Origin: Oikopleura dioica
Lineage: Eukaryota > Animalia > Chordata
DNA length: 64,000 nt
Assembly (NCBI GenBank): GCA_907165135.1
Contig: OU015566.1
Location: 4,092,001 to 4,156,000, forward strand
Direction: 5' to 3'
Shown here: in pieces, positions 13,030 to 25,635 of the stretch
Layout of the letters: each line of letters starts with the position of its first letter
Position numbering within the stretch: position 1 is the stretch's first letter
Notes under the pieces: model-generated
Told to the model about the DNA's origin: nothing
The model's database searches: none
The model's input: only the letters and a program-made list of their open reading frames with translations
Made by a program: the position numbers and the translations under genes

Positions 13030-13749
13030 TTTCTCTGTTTTTTTTTTATCTGAAAATCTTCAAAATGAAATTTGATTTAGAAAAAAGGCAAAAGCGATGA
13101 TTTAAATAAGACGATGGAATTTGACTTTCTTGGCGCTCTCAAGGCAGCGCGGAAAGGGTGGCCAAGCCTGGGTGGCTGACTGGGGCGATTTTGGAAGCGC
13201 TTGCGAAATCAGTTTTCAGTTTTGATTTTGAAGATAAAGTGGAAATGATGATTTTTTCGAGGAACTTCTTCCTTCTCATAAATTCTTTGCTCGAGAAAAT
13301 TTTTGATTTTTAAAGAACTTTTTAATTTTGAAATAAAATTTGAAATAAAAATTTAAAAACAACAAATTTATTATTTTATAAAAATTTTCTTATCGACTAA
13401 TCTCTCGCTAAAATTCCAGAAAAATGGAGAAATTCGACCACCCTAAAACATGACCTTGTGACTACCGGAGAAAACTGCAAACAAGGTCGAGCACGAATAA
13501 AAAACGACCGCATTACGTAAAATGTCGATCCATTGAGACAAGGAAAATCAAAGGAAGGAGTTTTTTCGACCGTTGCTCTACTTTTCAACAAGGTGTGAGG
13601 ACTCGTAAAAAGCTGATATGCAAATTTCGAGTCAAAAAAAGAATATTTTTTTCAAAAAATTTGCTGAGAAAATTTATTAGGAAAAGTATAATACAGGTAA
13701 AAAATCGTCCATCCATTATCTGGTCATCAGATTTTTGCGTTTTCTTCTT

Positions 13750-15093
13750 TTAGCAGTCGAACCATTCTTCGGACCAGATTCCTCGGTGGTTGATGCAGCG
13801 GGTCTTTGATAATCATTTAATGCCGAGCTCATAGAATTGGACTCTTACCGTATCAATAACTTTTCCCTTGCAAACGACGTTGCACTGAGTCACAGCGCCG
13901 TCGTCTTCGTTCTCGCAGTCGGCAAGTGTCACGTGTCGGATTCGATCCGGATCGCACTGGAAGGGTGGTCGGTAGATTCCATCCTTTCGCTTCCAGGACT
14001 CGTGCCAAGTGTTTTCAAGTCCAAAACATCTTCATGAAAAACGCGTTGAAAACAAGCATTGAATGATCGCGTTACCTGATGAATTGGACATTGCCTTCGA
14101 GTTTCCAGCCGCCGCCGTTGGTGCATTTGGCGATGGAAGAAGTGATGTGATGGAGACCCTCTTTGCACTGGTAAGTACAGTACTTCTTGTCGCAGTCGAC
14201 TTCTTCGACTGTATTCTCATCGAATCCAGTGAATTCGCCGCACTTGTCGGCAGCTCGCATTTGATGCTTTGGCTCCTAAAGGAGGGTTTTCCTCGTTGTT
14301 TTCGATCGAACTAACCTTTGGAGCCTTTGGGCATCGAATTTTTCTAGAAGAGTTAGCTCCAGTGAGATTCCAGAGACCGAATTGTCGATCGCAGGAAGCT
14401 CCAGTTGTCGTCGGTTCCATTCCGTTTTCGCAAGAATAAGTGCATCCCGCATCGTTGCAGTTGGCCACAACTCCTTCGGTTATAGAAGGAAGCTGGTTGT
14501 AGTTACAGTCGATGTCGTTTTCGATGCAGCTGATGACCTCGTTCGCGCCGAGAGCCGGATGCCAGACGCCCTTTTTGCACTTGAAGGTGTTCAGATGGCT
14601 GGGCGTGGAGCCGGCGGGGCAGGAGAACTGGACTCGGTAGCAGTAATCGTCTTGGCATTCTTCGGAGACGTTGCCGGAGACTTGAGTGATGGCGCCGCAC
14701 TCGGTCGATGAAGTTTGGGCGTAGACGGTAAGAGCAGCGAGTCCAACCTGAAATTTGAAAATCAAGGAAGAGAACAGGGTTAAAAGCAAAATGAGTATCT
14801 CAGGGGCCCTTATCTTCAATATCATATCATCAGTTAGGGTCAACATTTGAGCAGAACAAAAATATGGAAGTGGTTTCTTGGATCAGGGTTTTGATTGGCC
14901 GGTTGGCCAAATACAGCAATCTTATTGGTTATTCGAAAAATTACTTTCATTTTTGATTTATTCCCAAAAATCAACCATAAGACTCTTAATTCTTAGTATT
15001 CTTTTTTTTAAAATGATAACCAAATATATTAATTAATTAAAATCGTGGTTGTAAAATCGCGAAATTTGACTCTTTTCTTACCTTGAACAACAT
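13750..15093 (-). CDS. secreted Cys-rich protein with ~4 sushi/CCP-like modules (house/ECM protein candidate)
   Basis: MLFK|VGLAALTVYAQ signal peptide; repeated C-x-C-x-Y/F-S/Q-C...C...W modules; ends WSEEWFDC*. Confidence 0.65.
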
Positions 15094-15489
15094 TCTGGTT
15101 TAAGCTTGACTCTCTCTAGAAAATCGCTTTCAAAAAAGCTTTTTCTTTTTTATCGTTTCCTTATCGGAACTCTGATGTCCTGAAAAACGGTAATTCTAGT
15201 TTATATGGCCAATGAGGCGCTGGGTGGAAAACAACGTGGTTTCGAAACAAACGTGCCGAGTAAATAAACAGATAACAACTTTGCGGACCACACGATCCAT
15301 TTGCAATGTGATTCTTTTTTCAATTAAAATTAATTTATTGAAAAACAATTTTAAATAAATGCCGCTTGTTTTTCGCGACTTTTTTGGACTTCTTCTGGCA
15401 TCGGGATTTTCAGCCTTGATTTGTCATGGTTTGACATTTGGAGCTTGATCAGAGTTGAAATTTGATAAAAACATGATGGTTTTTTGGCA

Positions 15490-15692
15490 GTCACTGTGAA
15501 TGTCGCCGAATGTCACCGAATGTCGCCGAATGTCGCCTAATGTCGCCGAATGTCACTGGATATTTCTTTCAAAATGCCTGTATTTTAAAGAAGAGCGACA
15601 TTCGGCGACATTTGCCGACATTTTACGACATTCGGCGACATTTGCCGACATTTTACGACACTCGGCGACATTCAGCGACATTTCCATAGCGC
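15490..15692. mobile_element. foldback family B: arms of tandem (aatgtcgccg)n / (cggcgacatt)n
   Basis: Inverted decamer arrays around a short spacer. Confidence 0.75.
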
Positions 15693-17204
15693 CCCGTTTT
15701 TTCTATATCGAATTTCTTCAAATTTTCAACTCAAACCTTAGTCATCATTTTCTGAAGCTTGTGAAGTTTCGCTCGCTCAGAGATGTAGTCGCTCATCATT
15801 CCACTTTCTTCTCTGCTGAGAAAATTTATCAAACAGTCAAGATAAGTTCCTTACCTTTGACTTTGAACAGCTTTTTCGTGTCTTGATGAATATATTAATA
15901 ATTTTAAAATAATAAATAAATACCCTTGAAAGAACTTCTGAAAATCTGCTGGAACGGCCCAACCCGCTCGAAAAATCACAAGAAAATTCAAAATCATCAT
16001 CTCTTCCTCGAAAAAGAGGGACAAAGTACCCAAAGAAGTACCCAAGAAGGGCTTTAATAGTCGCCATGTAAATTGTTAATCTGCTGGATGAAAGAGTAAT
16101 TGAGGCAAAGAAAAGAGTCTCAAACCGGTACCTTGTTTGAAAGATACCAACTTGGACCATCGGCCATTTGGATAAAATAAAATATTAAAGAGGAGGTCAA
16201 ATGATAGGAGAGATTTCCTGAGTTGAAATGATGAACTCCAGGACATTTTCAGCTGGAAAAAAATAATTTTTCTCGACTCTTTCACCCCTAAATTCGCACT
16301 TGAAAGTTTGTTTTTTCGCCGAAAATTGACGAATTTGCCCTAATTTTGGAAAAAATATTGATTTCTCTAGGTCGAAAATTCCTCTTATCAAGAAAAATTT
16401 AGAAAAATTTCAATTTTTCGAAGGAAAAACCTGACGGGTTTCCAAAATTGGTAATGCATTACCAATCGGTAATTTAGACGAGCGATCGAATGAATCAGCA
16501 TTCGATTTATTGGTACTCGCCGATTCAGCCGTGCTAATTATGCATTTCAAGTGCATGGATTTATTTAGCGAGCTTGGAATTGATGACGAAAGGGGATTAT
16601 TAGAACAGCTGTGAAAAGGGGGAAGAATATTGATTTGGATTTGTGGTCTTTTCATGCCGATTTTTGTGTATACGGTATACCAAGCTAAAGCTTTATATGT
16701 CGGCTTTTTCTCAATCATGATTAGTAGATTAACTCTTAATTGACTCTTGCAGCTTTAGCTTACCAAAGAAATGGAAATGACTATTTAGATATCATACTTG
16801 ATTCACAAACACGTTGAAAAATAACTTCGCACTATCAAAATTTAAAAATCATTTATGGTTCCTTGAAATTAAATTTTTCCGCTGAACTATTTTTTTCTCG
16901 AGATTTTTTTCCGAAAGAAAATTGAATATTTTTCGCGAAAATTTTTGTGCGCGAAAAGACTCATCCCTTACGATGAAAATCTAAAATAATGACTCTCGAG
17001 GGGAACGCGATTCTACCGTTCAGAAATAAATATTACTGCCCCCTTTTTTTTCAAAAAATTTCTTCAAAAAACAATTCGATAAAAACACGTAATTGAGCAT
17101 TTTCAGCCACACTTTTTTGTTCCCTTTATCAATTATTCAAAGCTTCAATTATAACTTGCAAATTTACCTTTCGATAACTTCGATCTTTTTCTGGGGCAAC
17201 AAAA

Positions 17205-17947
17205 ATGATCTCGCTTTTTGAAAAAGAAGAGCTCAGACAAATTTTGATCGAAAATCTTTGCCAGCGATTTCCAAAGGGCGGATGTTTTTCTTTAGGAGAG
17301 CAGCAGAAGATCAAGATTTTAAAAATCAAGCAGCGGAATATTCATGTTTTGAAAGTAAAGGCGGTGAAAGAGAAGGTCTACTTGAAAGTCCTGAAGAAAG
17401 TAAACTGCGACAAGTGCAAGGGAAAAGGGAAGTTCAACAAGGTAAGATGGGTTTAGAATTATATGATGAATAATGTTCAGGAACATACAAGATACAGAGA
17501 TGGAGCGCGATTTAGTCATATTCAAAGATGCGCTGATTGTTTGGTTCAAAAAACTAAGAGAGATTTTCTTTAAAGGTGTCAACAACGATTGAAAAAAGTC
17601 TCCTAAGAATATATGAGTATAAAAAAGATTGGCAAGATACCAAAAAAGTGAATGAAAAAATGCCCAAAATCGTTGTTGACACCCTTAATTTTTCTTTCAA
17701 AACTGAACCGGGAGAAAGTAATGGTCGCGGATTCCTAGAAGCAAAAACCGAGCAAAAATCAAAACGATTCACTAAAGAAGCAACAATTATCATCAAAAAC
17801 GGAGTCACAACTAGCCGAGTTCAACATTTGCAGGGCATAATTATTTCTGATGGAGCTGTAGGAATGTCAAAAGAAAAAGCGAGCGCCTTTTTCAAGGAAT
17901 TTTACAAAAAGGTATTGAGAAAAAAGAGCCAAAAAAGAGCGAAATAA
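17205..17947 (+). CDS. hypothetical Lys-rich protein (2 exons; intron ~17442-17575)
   Basis: Two ORFs joined by aag|gtaag...ttaaag|gtg; single CDKCKGKG motif; no recognised family. Confidence 0.4.
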
Positions 17948-18439
17948 TTTAGTCGACTTTGAAAAAAATCGATAAAATTCTTCAAGAACGGCCAAAAACG
18001 ACAGTCCAAGAAATATTCATCAGCCTGGAGTTGATACCCATCTACGTGAGTACTTCTCCTTTGCGCGACAGCTCGGTTTGTCTGAGTGACTCAGGAGGAT
18101 GCCAGTATCTCGCCATTTAGAAAGTGGCTACTTGGAGCGATGAATAAATGAATTTTTAGGAAATACAATTTAAGCTTGCTTCTTCCTTCAATTTTGGAAC
18201 GAGTTTTTATATCAAGCGAGTCGCGAAATAAGCCGATTTTAAATTGACCTTTTCGACTCAAAAACTCTAGAAAAGCCTCGATTTATGGTCTTTCTGCTGA
18301 ATTTAAATGCAATCGATTCCTTTTGTGAAACAACTAATGCAATAAAATTCGATAAAAATTTTCTTGATTTGATTTTTTTTTTGAAAAATTATTCATTCTT
18401 AAAAGACAGAAAAAGAAAGAAAGCACCATAGAAATAAAT

Positions 18440-21040
18440 TTATTCTGCAGGAGCGTAATCCTGCTCAACAATCTGGCAGCAGCCAAGTTTCGCTCCAGCG
18501 CCACCAGTCGAAGCTGGATCCTTGTCTGGATTTCCATCATCTTCACCAGCGTGGATGACGATCGATCGACCGCCGATGAAGGTTGGGTCTGTGTCGATAA
18601 GGAGACGATCGCGTCCATGAAGTTGGCGGTTGCGGTTTCATCTGCGGCTGCGACGAGGTTTCCAATATCACCAGCGTGTCTGAAGAAAGGAAATAATTTA
18701 GCTCATAGGTGGCGCTGTTCAAGAAAGAGCGCCTCTTGCGTCTGGCGAATTCTGATTGGCCGAGGCTTAAATCACACCTTTGACCAAGTGGCTTATCAGG
18801 AGTGCCATGGATTTCGTTCTCCGCATCGACTTGGAAGTGCGAGCCAACGTTTCCACAACTGTTGGTCACATCCCCTTCTTGATGAACATGGAAGCCGTGT
18901 TTTCCTTCTGGCACGCCAGCGAGCGATCCCGAAAAGGCAACCTTTCCATCAGCGTATCGGATATCGATAGTGCCGGTGATCGCGACATCGCCATCAGCGC
19001 CGGCGTTGCCGTCGAAGGTGCAGCTGTATCGGATGGGCTTGATGGCGCAGCAACCTGGTCGAGAGCCAGCATTTCCAACTGTCTGAAGAAGAATAAAATT
19101 AAATTAGGATTATCAGATTTCTTTGAAAGCGGCTGATAATAAGCATAAATCTCGGGGCCAAATATGATTTACTAAAATAATCTATGCATTTATTTAATTA
19201 TTATATATTTTAAATTATATATTAATGTTTATTTTTTATTTGATATATAAATATTATTTTTATTATATGATTTAATCTAAGGAAGCCGTGAAATAAATGA
19301 AATAAGCGATTTCTTACTGTGATTTCATATAGAAATATACAATATTATATATTCTGCATATTGATTGATATTGAATCGTGTTGATATAATATTGATATAT
19401 TTGTTTCTTCGTCGTTGTATATAATAACCATCGTTTTCATATAAACTTCTGATAGCTTTTTATATAGTCGGCTCTTACTCCAGTTCCATCATCTCCATCA
19501 GCGTGAATGACCAAAGTTCGGTCTCCGATAAACAAGTTGGAAGCGGGATCGAGGGAGACGACGGTGTCTTCAATATCGACAGTCGCAGTTCGGCCACTTC
19601 GGCGGACGGCTGTAGCGGTTATGGAACCAAGATCACCAGTGTGTCTGAATTTTTCGTTCAATGAGGTCATTAATCTTATGATTTTAGTTGAACCTGTTTG
19701 GAAGCTTGTTGGTAGCAAAACCGTGGCTCTGACCATCAAGCGAAAAATGCCCATTGGCACCCTTGCACTGACCCGCTCCGCCACCGGTCCAGTCGAATGG
19801 CGAACCAGCGACAACGTATCGAGCATCGTGGACGTGGATTCCGTGATCTCCAGCGTCGAACTCGGCGTCATCGGATTGGACGGTTCCGGTGATGACAACC
19901 TTGTCCTTCTTCTTGCCCTCGACTCGCTCGAAGAAGAGTTTGCCGTTCAAAACACCGCTTGCTTTGTTTCGGGTCGAGAAAAATTGACGAAATGTAAAAT
20001 GAAAAATATTCAACCCTTTCCTTGGTCAGCGTGATTGAAATCGCAAGTGTACTTTTCGTAGGTCTTTCCGCTGGCCTCACAGGTAGTTTGATAATCGGGA
20101 AGACTTCCAGAAGAAAAAGCGCCAGTGTCGGACTCGCAGATGATCGTTCCTTTTCGCTTTTTCTTCTCGTTCTTGCACTTGAGCGCGTATCGCTCGGTGA
20201 CTTTGCCGCCCTTGCTCTTCTTTCCAAGGAGCAAGAGGCTTCCTTTCGCGACGTTCTGATTTTCAGCATTGACATTGCACAGATTTTCGTGGCAGCCGAG
20301 GGTTCCGTCGGCTGGTTTTTGCTTGATGACTCCTCCGGAGGGACCATTTTCTGAGTTTCCGCATTTGACCTGAAAAGTTAAAAATCATCCTAATCCTTAG
20401 CCGAAAAAACAGAATTGCGAATTTTAGAAAATTTTTTCTGAGCTAAGCTAGCTGAGCTGAGGTCGAAATTGAGCTGAGCTGAGCCGAGCTGGCCTCTTTT
20501 TAAAACTATTGAGCTGAGCTGAGCTGTTTTTTAAATATATTGAGCTGCGCTGAGCTGAGCCAGGGCTTTTGTGAAAATTCTTGAGCTGAGCGGAGCTGAG
20601 CTGAGCTGAATATTTCTCAAACTGAGCTAGTTGAGCTGAGCTGGCCTTCTTCGAAGAAGCATTGAGCTGAGCTGAGCTGGCTTTCTTCAGAAAAGTTGAG
20701 CTGAGCTGAGCTAACCTTCACCTCAAAATTGCTGAGCTGAGCTAGCTGAGCTACAGATAGAGCTCAGCTCAGCTAGCACACAAAATTCGCAACTCTGCCC
20801 GAAAAAAATAACCTTGAAGGAAGCTTTTTTGAACTCAGCAATTTTGTTCCCCGGGCAAGTGGCTTTGCAAGCAGTTTTCTTCGAATTCTTGTTCAATTTT
20901 GGACAGCTCCAAACTCCATCACCAGCTATGGTGTTGTTCGCTTTGATCTCGTCTCTGAAAGCGGCGCAAGCTGTCTGCACTGCTGGCAAACGCTCCTGTC
21001 CAAGGGCGGAACCTGCCAAAAATGCTGAAAAAAGTTTCAT
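18440..21040 (-). CDS. secreted protein with N-terminal Cys modules and two tandem Cu/Zn superoxide dismutase domains
   Basis: Signal MKLFSAFLAGSALG. SOD1: HGIHVH, GHF, SHG, RHTGDLG, VIH, GNAGSRPGCC. SOD2: HGFHVH, SHF, IHG, RHAGDIG, VIH, GGAGAKLGCC. Apparent 1-nt frameshift at ~18601. Confidence 0.85.
20437..20776. repeat. (GAGCT)n pentamer array in SOD-gene intron; degenerate relative at ~49038-49246
   Basis: Clusters of gagctgagct ending in inverted agctcagctc. Confidence 0.85.
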
Positions 21041-21355
21041 ATTTTCGCTCGTTGTCCCTTATCAGAACAATGAATTTTGGCGGCGCTTTTTTGTGCAGAG
21101 TCGTTTATCAATTTACGCGCTGTTCTGAGGCTTGGCAAGCAGACTAACCGCGAAGCATCGCATAAACAAATAGAACGTGTTCTGGATGAAGATTTCTTTC
21201 CTAATTTTTGGATTTCATGCGGTTTTGTCTCCATAGATTTTGCCGCAGATTTATATATTTTGTTGTCAGAATCGTCAGAGAGTATAAAAGAACGATGGTA
21301 ACCGAGACACACCCGGTTTTTTTTCGAACCTTCCTGTCATTTACTTTCTTTCTGG

Positions 21356-21657
21356 GGGCTACCCTGAGTCAGGAAACAAAAAGCTGAATTTTCAAATCTG
21401 TTTTTAAATTCTGGCGAAGCCGCTACGCTGTTTCGTTCTATAAAAAGCCGCTACGCGGCTTTTCAATTAGAGATTAATATACCCTGACTCAGGTTTTATA
21501 CTCAGGTGGCCCTGGGTACCTGAGTCAGGGTATAGAAAATCCTAACTGAAAAGCCGCAAAGCGGCTTTTTTAATTACCAAGCCGTAAAGCGGCTTTGGGA
21601 GATTTTAAGAACAGATTCGGAAATTTATATCCTGACTCAGGTTTTCTTCTCAGGTTC
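21356..21657. mobile_element. two adjacent MITE family A copies
   Basis: Two cctgagtcagg...cctgactcagg pairs, each with aagccgc...gcggctt hairpins. Confidence 0.7.
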
Positions 21658-21981
21658 TAAGTTTCTTTCATTTAATCATGTTACATAAGCAAAGATAATA
21701 TGCATTCTTATTTTTTTAAATAGCGGATTGCATAATATCTTTTAAAAAGAAGCGCACATAAAAGGCTAGAATTTTCTTATCAGTTCTCCTTTTTTCTTTC
21801 CCATGCATATCGCGCACTTTTATCTCGAGGAGATCGCCGCGGGTGACAAATCGTCACCTGTCGAGGACAACGACTCATGAGGCTCTCGGGCTTGTTCACT
21901 GTCCTCCCTTTTCCATCCTCAAGAAGACCCGTTTTCGGGAGATTCGGGAAGAGTTGAGAGCGAAGATTTTTTGGAAGAGAA

Positions 21982-23727
21982 ATGAGCTCTGTGGAAGTTC
22001 TTTCTCAAGAAACTCAATGGCGAAAAATCGGTAAGTTTATTTAAAAAAATATTTTAATTTTTATTAATAAAAATTCTGGTTTTTGACTCAAAAATTTGAG
22101 CTAAAAATAAAATTTCAATGAAATTTTAAATTTTCAATAGTTCTTTTCTGATTCAATTTTTAGGTCAAAAATGCTGTGAAAAGAACCCCGCTCAAAAACT
22201 CGAAGAAGGAGATGAAGTCGAAGTCTTTTGGCGAAATCAGCTTGATTCAGGTTTTTTCGGGACAAAAATCGAAATTTACCATTGAAATTCAGAACAGAAT
22301 TGGTTTCCTGGAAAAATTTCGAGCATCAACTGGGATGAATTTTTCGTCGTCGATTTCTGCGTCGCGGGAAAGATCGAAACTGACGTTTTTGAGAAAAATA
22401 CATTCGTCTCGTTTCCCGCGAGAATTTTCGAGAAACGCTTCATGTCCGGCCAGAGCTGTGGAAAGCCGTTCTTGGGCCGAAGAATCTGAATATTTCGCGA
22501 GTCAGGGCGATCAACGGCGTTTCGAAAATTTCCGTCCATCCATCGAGCTTCCAAATCCAGATTTTCGCGAAAAACGAGAGCATCGCCAAAATGGCGAAAA
22601 AGATCCTCGACGTCAATGAAAAAGTCTACATCGTGCCGAAATATCTCATCTCCCGAATCATCGGACAGAAGGGAAAACAGATTCAAGAAATCATCGACAA
22701 TTCCAAAATCTCAAAAGTGCGATTTCCAAACGACCAGGAATCTGGGGAGATTCTCGAGCGGCGGGGAATTCAAGAATCGTCCGCTTGGGAAAAAGCTGTC
22801 ATCATCTTTATCGGCTGCCAAAGCTCCTTGGAACGGGCGGAAATGCTGATGGACTATCTCGTCGCCTCGCTGGAAGAAACCGATCAATTTTCCGAAGAAC
22901 CCAAGAATCGGGCAATTCAAAGACAGAAGAAACAAGGGCAGCGGGAAAACTCAGAGTTCAAGTTGAAAATCATCCAAGAAAAGAACCAACTGGTCACTTC
23001 TGGATATTCGACCGATTCTTCGATTACCTCGAATTCGAAAAGAAGACGAGGCTGTCGAGGAGGACGAAAACATCGACGAAAGAACTCTTCGTCGTTCTCT
23101 GACAATGGCCTAAGGTAATACCCCTTGTTTTTCTATATAATAAATAAATTCCAGTGGCTTTTCTGAGTCCGACACAGGAATCTACTCAGAGCTCTCTATC
23201 TCCGACATGGAATCAACCGACGCCCAAAAATCCTCTCCACGAAAAAGCCTTGAAAGTCTTGCGGAAATCAACTCCGTACTTTCTCCGGACGAGTACGAAC
23301 TTCAGCTTGAAGAAGAGCTTCTTTCTCCAGATGAGCCAGCTACTCCAGAATCTGGCTCGATCAGTCTAGAAGGGTCGGATTTGACGGCGCTGAGTGATTT
23401 TGACAGTTTGGAGAATATGGACATGGATTGGGCTGATGACGATGTTCACGGAGGAACTCCTGTTTACTCTGAAGGTTGTTATGAACACTCATTGATTTTT
23501 CCTAAAATGTCATTTCAGGGGAGCCAATCTTCGAATACCCAGAAACAAAAGCCTACCCCGAACCAATCAGCTACAGAAAAGCACTCGTCAAAAACTTGGA
23601 CATTGACGAGCGCCTCAGAAATCTGCAAAGCGAAATCAAGGAAGAAACCAAGAAGCGAATGAGAGGCACTCGAGGCGGAAAGAAAATGCGAAAGCGAAAT
23701 TCGAAGAAGAAAAATTCAAGCGATTGA
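21982..23727 (+). CDS. FMR1/FXR-family RNA-binding protein (Agenet + KH1 + KH2 + RGG-like tail), divergent
   Basis: EGDEVEVFWR (Agenet 2); FRETLHVRPELWKAVLGPKNLNISRVR (KH1); IVPKYLISRIIGQKGKQIQEIIDNS...FIGCQSSLERAEMLMDYLVASLEETDQ (KH2, FMRP-like); RGCRGGR and RGTRGGK. Apparent frameshift at ~22398. Confidence 0.75.
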
Positions 23728-24099
23728 GCTTTCTCTCTTTCTTTATCCATTCCGCCGTATTATTTATAATAATGTTTCTTCACTTTTTATACCTGCTAAG
23801 TATTTTGTTGTTCATGAAAATTGAAACAACTTTTATCGGACAAGTTTTTATCAAAAAAAAAATATTTTCAAAAAAATTTTTTTTTTTTGGAAAATATTTT
23901 TGACCAATTTTTTGGTCTTTTTAATTTGCTGGACAAGTTCTTTTTTTCCCCATTTTTTCAAATATCGGGATTTTCTTTTTTATTTATAAATCTTTCTTAC
24001 TCAAATAAATCAGAATCGATGAATCTTCAACTCAAAGTCAAGTTGTTTGTTTTTCCGAATCAAAAGAACACTCCCAAAAAAGGGATGAAAAAATAGAGA

Positions 24100-25383
24100 A
24101 TGAAAATCAGCTCGATTCTTCTTTTAAAAATAAGTGAAGCTAGCCTTGTTTCCAAACCAGGACCAGTTGTGATTAATACTTGGCCGTTCGCGGACGCGTG
24201 TAAGAATGCGTTCGAGACGTTGAAAAATGGTGGATCGGCGCTGGATGCGATCACTGATGGAACATCGACTTGCGAGAGGGAGAGATGTGATGGCTCTGTG
24301 GGCTGGGGAGGGTCGCCGGATGAAAATGGCGAGTCCTATCTCGATGCGATGATAATGGGTAAGTCAAAAAGGGAGGCACAAAAGGACAAATCACAACTCA
24401 CAACTCAGACGGAGAGACCTACAATACCGGCGCTGTAGCGTCTCTTCGTCGCTGCCGAGACGCAGCAAAAACCGCTCGACAAGTGATGGAACACACTGAA
24501 CAAACACTTCTTGTTGGAGATCTTGCTTCTCAGTTCGCTTTTTCTATGGGGTGTAAAAATGAGTCGCTGACTTCGGAGAAGTCGGAACAAATCAAAAATC
24601 GTGGAAGAAGAATAACTGCCAGCCAAATTACTGGATCAATGTCACTCCTGATCCGAGGAAGAATTGCGGTCCTTATCAACCAATTGGACAGAAACTTGGG
24701 ATGAGCGAGAAGGATCAAAGAAGAACTACACAGGTTTCGTTTAACAAAAAAGTTTTTTTACAAAAGGAAAAGATTCGGCGCTTAGTGACGAATAAAAATC
24801 ACGATACAATCGGAATGGTCGCTCTCGATGCAACTGGCAAACTCGCCGCTGGAACATCAACAAACGGACTCACTCATAAAATCCCTGGAAGAGTTGGTGA
24901 TTCTCCGATCCCAGGAGCAGGGTCGTACGCGGGATCGGCAGGTGGAGCCGCCGCGACTGGTGATGGTGATATCATGATGCGATTTTTGCCTTCTTATCAG
25001 GCGCATGAAAGCATGAGGAAAGTGATGGAGCTTGTTCTTTAATTGAGCCATCTTCAGACTTGGAAAAAGTCCGCAAGAAGCGACGAGTGATGCGATTGCC
25101 AGGATACGAGCAGCTTTTCCTGAATTCTCCGGCGCTGTGATCGGTAATTAAGGGCTTCGATTTTCATCGTTCGTAAAGTTTTTATCTTAGCATTGAATAG
25201 AAATGGGGACTACGCCGCAGCATGCCATAATATTTACAATAACGAATTTCATTATATGGCACAGGTATTCTAATTTTTCATACAATTTTTGTTTCTGTTT
25301 TTCAGAGCGAGGGTGATCAAAATCCAAAAGAAGAAATTGCTAGCTGTTCGTTTTCAAAGCAATTCGAAGCGGATCAAAAATGA
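24100..25383 (+). CDS. AGA: aspartylglucosaminidase (glycosylasparaginase)
   Basis: [30 protein letters not shown] autocleavage site, [32 protein letters not shown]. Apparent frameshift at ~24590. Confidence 0.92.
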
Positions 25384-25635
25384 TAAAACTTGTTTATTCG
25401 CAATTAAAAGTTAAAAATCAAAAATTTGATTCGTATTCAAAATCTCGCGCGGTTTTTCTTGAGGCGACACAACAGCACTTTGATCAGTTGAAGATATTTC
25501 AGTATCTAAAAGAAAGATAGGTTCTTTCAATTTTTTCTCGACTACCTTCAGTAATACTTGGACAATAAGAATTTCGTCGAGAAGCATTTGTTGAACCAGC
25601 CCTTGAAAAAATGTTTATTTCTTCGATAAAATTAG

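Noticed and set aside
15500-15886. ORFs with MSPNVAECRR / RHSATF repeats (also 26142-26381, 30013-30350)
   Set aside because: Translations of the decamer foldback repeat.
15740-16285. Possible small minus-strand gene (similar weak candidates at 33893-34385 and 40610-40852)
   Set aside because: Splice-like signals and short ORFs are present, but no coherent model or homology that I can support.
16959-16968. Spliced-leader RNA gene (actcatccc start)
   Set aside because: Only ~9 nt resemble the leader as I recall it; no continuation, donor or Sm site.
17405-17430. DnaJ zinc finger (CxxCxGxG)
   Set aside because: Single motif and no J-domain or HPD.
20437-20776. Immunoglobulin switch-region-like GAGCT repeats
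   Set aside because: No Ig genes or GGGGT/GGGCT units; located in a SOD-gene intron of an invertebrate-type genome; resemblance is coincidental.
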